Part shown: piece by piece, positions 25,774 to 32,141 of the stretch
Position numbering within the stretch: position 1 is the first letter of the stretch
Layout of the letters: each line of letters starts with the position of its first letter
Virus record (IMG/VR): IMGVR_UViG_3300022183_000031
Span: 1 to 32,141 of that record
DNA from: a virus
Lineage: Duplodnaviria; Caudoviricetes
DNA length: 32,141 bases
Reading direction: 5' to 3' (one strand)
Notes under the pieces: generated by a model
Told to the model about the DNA's origin: nothing
Seen by the model: the letters and a program-made list of their open reading frames with translations, nothing else
Database searches by the model: none
Program-made: the position numbers and the translations under genes

Positions 25774-26993
25774 AAGTGAATTATCTCTTTCAACTCATCA
25801 TCAGTGTAAAGTCCTAGATCTTTTAGCTTTGCCATTGCATTAGCCTTCTTTTCCAAGATTTCTGATTTCTCTTTATCGCCTTGTTGCAATAGCTTAATGT
25901 GGCTAAAATCTCTCTCGAGCCATTCGCCTTTTTTAGTAAGTCCGAATATTTCTGCATATCTATTTGCTATCTCTTGACCTTGAGGTATAACAGTACTTTG
26001 GTATGCTTGGAATAGGCCCTCCTCTAAGTTGTTAAATGTAGAGGCCTTTTCTTTGCTAAATAGATTATCGTTTAGCCCAAAGTGGTCAATAATGCGCTTA
26101 AAATTGCTTTCAACCTCCTCAAACAACATTAAATCCTTTGTAGGGAATGACATCGATTGCCACTCTAAGGAAGCGTTCGACATAATCACTTGCATTTGCT
26201 TATTGTCTATCCCGTAATCTTTTTGATATTGCTTCTCTAATCGCTCTCTTTCATTCTTAGTTAACCCGATAGAGTTTTCAGAGTTGCTGGCTTTATTTGA
26301 TAATATACCCAACGCGCCTCTTTTGTTCATAATCACGTTTCTAAATTGATAAGCTGATCTAATATTACTTATCTCCATGTATAACGGTCTTAAAGGACTT
26401 TCACCTTTTATACCGTTTTTTACAGCGTTAACTTTTGTGTGATTAATACAATTAGTTTCTATTTTTTCGATAGAGCTACTACCATTTTGTAGTTCGTAGT
26501 ATTCGATAATATCTTCAATTTTGGATTGCTTATAAGATTTACCGGTTAATTGAATACCTATCTCCGAGGGATTTAAGTTAGTTAACCCGTCCGGTATCTC
26601 TTGGTTATCAAAGGCTTTAAGCATATATTCGTAATTATTACCGTAAATACTTAAATTAGTTACGGCTTGAATTATATGTTGGTTACCCTTCATTAATGGA
26701 TTTGGATTCTCTAGCAAATTAATAACGTCGCTATTTTTAACCTCTTGGCTTTCGCCGTTAACTAACTTGTAATGCCTCCAAGTCCCACTAGCTTGTAAAT
26801 GTGCTAATCTATTAATAACGGCGTAAACCTCGGCAGTTGTCATGTAGATATTAAAAGCGTTCCAAGTATCTGGATTTAAAAATTCGGGTTGACCGCTTAA
26901 GATATAGTTGTTACTAGGTATCTTTGGTGTATTATAATAATCGTTACCTCGGTTAAATAGGTTAAAAAAATCTTTGAACGGTTTAAATTCCAT
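25770..26993 (-). CDS. Portal protein (HK97-family), on the opposite strand
   Basis: 407 aa with LLENPNPLM, GNNY, GESPL, GALGIL and TFNNLEE motifs. Located between TerL and the protease gene. Confidence 0.9.
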   Translation of the reverse strand: MEFKPFKDFFNLFNRGNDYYNTPKIPSNNYILSGQPEFLNPDTWNAFNIYMTTAEVYAVINRLAHLQASGTWRHYKLVNGESQEVKNSDVINLLENPNPLMKGNQHIIQAVTNLSIYGNNYEYMLKAFDNQEIPDGLTNLNPSEIGIQLTGKSYKQSKIEDIIEYYELQNGSSSIEKIETNCINHTKVNAVKNGIKGESPLRPLYMEISNIRSAYQFRNVIMNKRGALGILSNKASNSENSIGLTKNERERLEKQYQKDYGIDNKQMQVIMSNASLEWQSMSFPTKDLMLFEEVESNFKRIIDHFGLNDNLFSKEKASTFNNLEEGLFQAYQSTVIPQGQEIANRYAEIFGLTKKGEWLERDFSHIKLLQQGDKEKSEILEKKANAMAKLKDLGLYTDDELKEIIHF

Positions 26994-27010
26994 ATCTATA
27001 TAATAATTTT

Positions 27011-27042
27011 ATACAAAGAAACAAATTTTTTTTGTAACTTTG
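27011..27042. promoter_or_regulatory. Divergent promoter region for the portal (minus strand) and head operon (plus strand)
   Basis: Plus-strand TAACTTTG at 27035-27042. Minus-strand near-consensus TTTCTTTG (complement of 27014-27021). Confidence 0.6.
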
Positions 27043-27059
27043 GCGTAATTATTCTTAAT

Positions 27060-27176
27060 ATGAAAGAAGATAATAAAAAAAAGTTAGCCGAAAGAATAGA
27101 TAAAATGGATAATTGCCATTTAAAAGAGAGGTTAAAAAAAGAATTAGAAGTTAAATCTAAACTTGTTAAAAAATGA
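27060..27176 (+). CDS. Small basic protein (38 aa, not in the ORF track)
   Basis: MKEDNKKKLAERIDKMDNCHLKERLKKELEVKSKLVKK*, with ATGA overlap to the protease start. Confidence 0.6.
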   Translation: MKEDNKKKLAERIDKMDNCHLKERLKKELEVKSKLVKK

Positions 27177-27973
27177 TTAAGAGCATTGATTTTCCAAAAA
27201 AAGAGTTTACTAGTAAGCAAGAATTATTTAAAGCTCTAAAAGATAGTAAGAATGATTTGATAGGTTTAAAAAAAGCTAAAAGCGTTGTTAAATCATCTCC
27301 TATTATTAGTTTTCAATCTTCTACTAATAAGAATTTAGACGTAAAAGAAAATCATATTTTAGCAGTTATTAATACAACCAACTATTTAGATAGTCATAAC
27401 GACGTTCATTTAAAAGGAATTTGGACAAAGTCAGTAAAGGAGCAACAAAATAAAATTTACTACTTAGTTAATCACGATATGAGTATCGGGAGTGTTGTAG
27501 CTTATCCTAAAGACGTTAAAGTTAGCGTTAAAAATATTGAATGGAGTGATTTAGGGTTTAACTTTAAAGGAACTACTGATGCTTTAATGTATGAAGTAGA
27601 TAAAAGTAAAATTAACCATTTAGAGGCAAGTAAGATAATAAAAGAAAATATAGATATTCAGCATAGCGTATCAATGCAATATGTTAAGGTAGAACTTTGT
27701 ATTAATTCATTAGATAAAGAATACGAGGAGGAGAAACTAAATTACGACAAATATATTAGCGATGTAGTGAACGCCGAAAAGATAGATGAGCAAGGTTATT
27801 TTTGGGCCGTTATTGAAGCTAAAATACACAAAGAGGGTAGTATGGTACTAAACGGGAGTAATGATGCCACACCTTTATTTCAAGGAAAAAACGAGCCGTT
27901 GAAAGACACTCGATTAAATAAGAGCGAGCCGTTGAAAGACACTCGAAAAGTAAGTATGTATAATTTTAACTAA
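27173..27973 (+). CDS. Prohead (capsid maturation) protease, putative
   Basis: DSHNDVH..G.W.KS, LVNHD, QHSVSM and EGSMVL.GSN.ATP motifs. Directly before the capsid gene. Confidence 0.8.
   Translation: MIKSIDFPKKEFTSKQELFKALKDSKNDLIGLKKAKSVVKSSPIISFQSSTNKNLDVKENHILAVINTTNYLDSHNDVHLKGIWTKSVKEQQNKIYYLVNHDMSIGSVVAYPKDVKVSVKNIEWSDLGFNFKGTTDALMYEVDKSKINHLEASKIIKENIDIQHSVSMQYVKVELCINSLDKEYEEEKLNYDKYISDVVNAEKIDEQGYFWAVIEAKIHKEGSMVLNGSNDATPLFQGKNEPLKDTRLNKSEPLKDTRKVSMYNFN
27892..27946 (+). repeat. Two exact 22-bp direct repeats, each a potential GAAA-capped hairpin, just upstream of the capsid gene
   Basis: CGAGCCGTTGAAAGACACTCGA at 27892-27913 and 27925-27946. Confidence 0.9.
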
Positions 27974-27985
27974 AGAAAAAAAGAG

Positions 27986-29278
27986 ATGACTAAAACATTT
28001 CAAGAATTTCTAACGGCAAAATCAATCGAACAAGAGGTATTCGATAATAAGTCGGCAGAAGAAAAAGCAGGTTTGTACAATGAGTACAACAAAGAGTTGA
28101 AAACATATATCGAGGAGTTAGACTCTAAGGTAAAGGATTCAGCAAGTAAAGAGGAGTTAGCTAAAGCCATTAAGCAACTTCAAGACAACCAAGTAGAGCA
28201 GATGAAAGAATTAAATTCTGCTTTAAAAGAGATGGGATTATCTATTAAAGCTAACACAGAGAAAGCTAAAAAAGATAACTCTAAATCAATTAAGTCTGAA
28301 TTAGTATCAAACTTAGATAAGTTAAAATCTTTATCTAGCCATGACAAAGAAACTGTACATGGTTCGGAGTTTACGATTAAAGCTCCAGCAGATATGCTAT
28401 TGTCTACTAATGTTAGCGGTGGTAATATCCCGGTTGAGGATAGATTAACTGGGGTTAATTTAATACCAACTAGACGTGTAAGACTTTTAGATTTAGTATC
28501 TCAAGGTACAACGCAATCAAACATTGTTAGTTGGGTTTACCAAGCTAACCAAGATGGTAGCGCTAATTACACAACAGAAGGAGCTGTTAAAAATAAAATT
28601 GATTTTGATTTAATAGTTGCGTCTGAAAAGGTTCAAAAGATTACAGCTTTCATTAAAGTTTCTGATGAGATGATGTCGGATATTGACTTTATAGACTCAT
28701 TAATTCAATTAGAGTTAAGAAAAGAGCTTTTAAAGAAAGTTGAAACAGAGGTTTACGCTGGTGCTGGTGGTGCAAACGCGTTGAGTGGTATTAGAACATT
28801 AGCGACAGCCTTTACAGCGGGTTCTTTTGCTAACACTATTGATAATGCAAACGAAGTAGATGTGCTTACTGTTGCAATGAATCAAATAATGATTGCAGAG
28901 CATGACGGAGCAACAGCAATTTTAATGCACCCTTCTGATGTTACATCTTTAAAAATGGTTAAAGTATCTGCAACAGATAAGCGTTATGTTGAGCGTTTAG
29001 CAATGGTTGCCGGGGAGTTATCATTAGATGGAACGCCTATTATACCATCAACATTAGTAACACGAGGAGAATATTTAGTGGCGGAGTTTGCTCTAGATAT
29101 GCTTTTAAACAGAGAGGCTGTTACTATTCAAGTTGGTTTAGATGGTAACGATTTCACTAAGAATATGAGAACAATCTTAGCTGAATGGAGAGGTGTTAAC
29201 ATCATTAAAAATAATGATAGAACGGCGTTTGTTAAAGGTGTTTTTGCAACTGATAAGGCTTCATTAGAAACTGCATAA
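27986..29278 (+). CDS. Major capsid protein (HK97 fold with N-terminal delta domain)
   Basis: 430 aa with a coiled-coil N-terminus, TEGAVK, KITAFIKVSDEMMSD, ILMHPSD and FTKNMRTILAEWR motifs. Confidence 0.95.
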   Translation: MTKTFQEFLTAKSIEQEVFDNKSAEEKAGLYNEYNKELKTYIEELDSKVKDSASKEELAKAIKQLQDNQVEQMKELNSALKEMGLSIKANTEKAKKDNSKSIKSELVSNLDKLKSLSSHDKETVHGSEFTIKAPADMLLSTNVSGGNIPVEDRLTGVNLIPTRRVRLLDLVSQGTTQSNIVSWVYQANQDGSANYTTEGAVKNKIDFDLIVASEKVQKITAFIKVSDEMMSDIDFIDSLIQLELRKELLKKVETEVYAGAGGANALSGIRTLATAFTAGSFANTIDNANEVDVLTVAMNQIMIAEHDGATAILMHPSDVTSLKMVKVSATDKRYVERLAMVAGELSLDGTPIIPSTLVTRGEYLVAEFALDMLLNREAVTIQVGLDGNDFTKNMRTILAEWRGVNIIKNNDRTAFVKGVFATDKASLETA

Positions 29279-29288
29279 TTATTAAGAT

Positions 29289-29459
29289 ATGGCGACAGAA
29301 AAGAAAACAACAAAAGAGGCGAGTAGATTAGACTTAAACAAAGTTTATAGTATTGAAGTTTTAAAAAACGGAAAACATCTACGAAAAGGTGATACTTATG
29401 AGGTTAGCGGTGACGTTGCAAATGTTTTAATTAATAAAGGTTTAGCAAAGGTTAAATAA
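29289..29459 (+). CDS. Small post-capsid protein (56 aa, not in the ORF track)
   Basis: MATEKK...KGDTYEVSGDVANVLINKGLAKVK*, with TAATG overlap to the next gene. Confidence 0.75.
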   Translation: MATEKKTTKEASRLDLNKVYSIEVLKNGKHLRKGDTYEVSGDVANVLINKGLAKVK

Positions 29460-29962
29460 TGGCAAACATTATACAAATATCAGATTTTGATGGCGGTAGA
29501 TTTTCTATCGCTGTCAACTCTTTTCAAGAAAACGAACTACAAGCGTATATTGATCAATATCAAAAAGAGGCTCTAATAGATTTATTAGGGTTGGAGTTAT
29601 ACGAATTATTAATTTTGGACTTAGATGCAAATGGAGTACCTCAAAGTCAAATTTATTTAGACATCTTCAATGACTTTTATAAAGAGATTTACGGAGAGTA
29701 TGAAAGAAGTCAAGGTATTAAATTTTACTTAAAGGGTATTATTTATTTTCATTACGTTCGAGATTTGTATAATAGACAAACGACAGTAGGAGTTAAGAAA
29801 GTAAAGGGAGAGAATTCTGATAGCGTTAATGTGTTTGATATTTACACACGTTACAATAATTCTATTGAAACGGGCAAAGTGATACAAGCGTACATCTATA
29901 ATAATGATACCGACTATCCAACATTTAAAGGTCAAGAATTGGACTTTGTAATTAACATATAA
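29459..29962 (+). CDS. Head-tail adaptor (putative)
   Basis: 167 aa after the capsid gene. Inferred from position. Confidence 0.6.
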   Translation: MANIIQISDFDGGRFSIAVNSFQENELQAYIDQYQKEALIDLLGLELYELLILDLDANGVPQSQIYLDIFNDFYKEIYGEYERSQGIKFYLKGIIYFHYVRDLYNRQTTVGVKKVKGENSDSVNVFDIYTRYNNSIETGKVIQAYIYNNDTDYPTFKGQELDFVINI

Positions 29963-30636
29963 TGAATAGTATTTATAACTCAATTAAAGATATTGTAAGT
30001 AATTTAGATTTAACTATCTATGTTTGTAGCAATATTGGCAACTCTATAAAAGCTAAAGATACTTTGTACATAGCAAACGGAGATAAATTAATTGATGATA
30101 ACGGTATTATTTATAAGGTTGTGAACTTAGTTGTTAATGAGAGCTTTGATTTGATTGCTGATGATGGTATTAGTGTTTTTAACTTAGATAAGTTACATTT
30201 TTTTGGTATTAAATTACCTACTTATTTAACTGGAAAGGCTTTAAGCGTTAATAGCGAGTACCAACAAATAAGCAGTAGAACAAGAGAGAAAGTTCCTTTT
30301 ATATGGTTGGTAACTGGTTTTAAAGAGGACATAGATGTTGTAGAAAGTCCGATGATTTATAGCAATATTAAGTTGTTTTTTCTATCAGATACAGATGAGC
30401 GTAAATGGCTAACAGAACAGCACTACGATATTGTAATAAACAGAATGAGAAATCTTTCAGTAAGGTTTTTAGATTATGTTAAAAATTCTGTAAAGTACGA
30501 ATATAGTAGAGCCAATCTAATAGGTCAAGAGCGTTTTGGAGTATATGTAAGCAATGGAGCAAAGGAGAAGATTATAGATGAGGATTTAAGCGGTGTCTGC
30601 TTAGAATTAGAATTAAGAATAAATAAAGATTGTTAA
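29962..30636 (+). CDS. Neck / tail terminator protein (putative)
   Basis: 224 aa between the adaptor and major tail genes; contains a PFIWL motif. Confidence 0.55.
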   Translation: MNSIYNSIKDIVSNLDLTIYVCSNIGNSIKAKDTLYIANGDKLIDDNGIIYKVVNLVVNESFDLIADDGISVFNLDKLHFFGIKLPTYLTGKALSVNSEYQQISSRTREKVPFIWLVTGFKEDIDVVESPMIYSNIKLFFLSDTDERKWLTEQHYDIVINRMRNLSVRFLDYVKNSVKYEYSRANLIGQERFGVYVSNGAKEKIIDEDLSGVCLELELRINKDC

Positions 30637-30655
30637 AAAATTAAAATAACAAAAA

Positions 30656-31594
30656 ATGGAATTAATAGGATGTGGATGTTCAGATAACATTCAAAACACG
30701 GGAAACAGTACCCAAAAACTGTTTAAATTAACGACTGGTAAGTATTGGACGCCAGCAATTAACTCAGACGGAGAGAGAAACAGTTTAGATTTAACATTAA
30801 CGCCAACTGCGTTAAAAGATGAGTTAATATTACGTATTAACGAACCTGATCCGACAAAACGTTTTTATCCAATTTTGGGTATTACTAACGTTTTACCGGA
30901 AGAAACTGATGCAACTTATGCAACATCGGACACGAACGAGCGTACTAAATTGTTTGAAGGTATTAAAACAGTAAACTTTCAATTTAGAGATGCAAGTAAT
31001 CAATACTTTGCTAAATTGCAAAATGTTTGTGTAGACTTTACAGAATTCAGTATTGATGCGTGTGGTTCTATTCTAGGACAAAAAGAGGGAACAAAGTTAT
31101 ATGGTAGACCGGTAAACCAAGCGAGTTACGACGCTAAATTTATGGAGCGTACAGCATCGGAAACTTCAATGATTTCTGTTCAATATGATTATGCTAGACA
31201 AAGTTCTGATGCTAATCAATGGATGGTAACGGCTAGTGAATTAGATGGCTTTGATGCGAATACGTTTAGCGGTTTGGTTAGTGGAGAGGTTTTAGTTGGC
31301 CCTATCTCTACTACGAGTATAGTTGTAAATGTCCATAAAGATTTCGGTACTGCGGTTACTAAACAACCGTTGCTAGGTTTACAACCATCGGACGTAGTTT
31401 TAACAAACACTACTACCTCGGCTGTTGTGGCTGTTTCGGCAGTAACGCCAGATGCTACGGTAAAAGGTAGATACGAGTTAACAATAGCTTCCCAAACTGC
31501 TTCTGATAATGGGACAATTAAGATTTTCAAACCAAGCGCGACCGGAATGGTAGCAGGTTTTGAAAGTAATTTAGAAACTTTAATTTTTGCATAA
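30656..31594 (+). CDS. Major tail protein (putative) with C-terminal Ig-like extension
   Basis: 312 aa, T/S-rich, N-terminal CxC...NTG, RFYPI motif and a beta-rich C-terminus. A terminator follows shortly downstream. Confidence 0.7.
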   Translation: MELIGCGCSDNIQNTGNSTQKLFKLTTGKYWTPAINSDGERNSLDLTLTPTALKDELILRINEPDPTKRFYPILGITNVLPEETDATYATSDTNERTKLFEGIKTVNFQFRDASNQYFAKLQNVCVDFTEFSIDACGSILGQKEGTKLYGRPVNQASYDAKFMERTASETSMISVQYDYARQSSDANQWMVTASELDGFDANTFSGLVSGEVLVGPISTTSIVVNVHKDFGTAVTKQPLLGLQPSDVVLTNTTTSAVVAVSAVTPDATVKGRYELTIASQTASDNGTIKIFKPSATGMVAGFESNLETLIFA

Positions 31595-31595
31595 C

Positions 31596-31769
31596 ATGGT
31601 GTTCAAGATAGGGAGTACTTCTATCAATCCAGAATATGTAAAAAGCTCTACGGAAGATGAGGCTGTAAAGCATTTAAGTAAACTAGATGAGAAAGAAGTC
31701 AGGAAAATATGGAGGTTAGTGCATGGCACTCCAAAAGGAAAGAAAACAGTCAAAAAGACTGATAAGTAA
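31596..31769 (+). CDS. Small basic protein (possible tail chaperone)
   Basis: ATG at 31596 gives MVFKIGSTSIN...KKTDK (57 aa), directly after the major tail gene. Confidence 0.65.
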   Translation: MVFKIGSTSINPEYVKSSTEDEAVKHLSKLDEKEVRKIWRLVHGTPKGKKTVKKTDK

Positions 31770-31774
31770 AAAAG

Positions 31775-31807
31775 AAAGAGAGTTATTAATTTAGCTCTCT
31801 TTTTTTT
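31775..31807 (+). terminator. Intrinsic terminator
   Basis: AGAGAGTTA-TTAATT-TAGCTCTCT followed by a T run. Confidence 0.85.
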
Positions 31808-31820
31808 GTATTTTTACTGT

Positions 31821-32141
31821 ATGGCAATAGGAAACAGCAAATTACATGAATTGTTAAGGAGAGAAAAATATCTAATTGACGCAATTTTATGGTATAATAT
31901 TTTTGATACAAATCTCAAAGATCAAATACTAAATTGGATAAAAATAGATCAGTTAACTAATAAAGGAGTAAATAAAGATGGCGACATTATTGGTTATTAC
32001 TCACCCGTTACGGAATTAATAAACCCTAAAAAAAAGGCAGGCGAACCCTACACTTTAAATGATACCGGGGCGTTTTATGAAAGTATGTATGTCCAAGTCT
32101 TAAAGGACTCTATTGTAATTAATGCAAACCCAATAAAAGGA
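31821..32141 (+). CDS. Virion morphogenesis / neck-like protein, open at the window end and continuing at position 1
   Basis: MAIGNSKLHELL...G.NKDG..IGYYSPVT...KKKAGEPYTLNDTGAFYES...NANPIKG, with no stop before the window end. Confidence 0.75.
   Translation, partial: MAIGNSKLHELLRREKYLIDAILWYNIFDTNLKDQILNWIKIDQLTNKGVNKDGDIIGYYSPVTELINPKKKAGEPYTLNDTGAFYESMYVQVLKDSIVINANPIKG

Noticed and set aside
26029-26217. Plus-strand 62-aa ORF inside the portal gene, and the alternative-frame ORF 21051..21248 inside the helicase gene
   Set aside because: Both are fully nested within strongly supported genes and have no protein-like features.
27892-27946. Mini-CRISPR interpretation of the two 22-bp palindromic repeats
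   Set aside because: The 11-nt spacer is far too short and the repeats lie in frame within the protease gene.

Overview
This window appears to be an essentially complete, circularly permuted ~32 kb genome of a low-GC siphovirus-type tailed phage. The host is inferred to be Bacteroidota (probably Flavobacteriia) from TAnnTTTG promoters, AT-rich leaders without Shine-Dalgarno sites, a DUF3127-like gene and a VirE_N/BT4734-like primase. The gene order is: tape measure and tail-tip genes (495-9953); a repeat-rich tail fibre and partners (9956-12672); lysis genes (holin, Amidase_2 endolysin, u-spanin; 13041-14279); early and recombination genes (14391-16921); a probable replication origin (17085-17362); an HNH/primase-helicase/SF2 helicase/VRR-NUC operon (17533-22283); small accessory genes including a membrane-anchored GAF protein; TerS/TerL; an inverted portal gene; then protease, HK97-type capsid, neck and major tail genes. 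The last ORF continues in frame into position 1. I found no recognisable integrase, CI-type repressor, DNA polymerase, reverse transcriptase, tRNA or CRISPR array. The most striking unexplained signals are non-coding. (1) A small RNA candidate bounded by a promoter and terminator (~22296-22372) is antisense to an AAACGAAA...ATTATGAA leader shared by several early genes. (2) A two-hairpin leader upstream of the replication operon has a loop CCGTAT that is complementary to ATACGG both in the upstream hairpin loop and directly before the start codon. Together these suggest an RNA-based regulatory circuit in a phage lacking an obvious protein repressor. All protein calls come from motif recognition by eye, not database searches.
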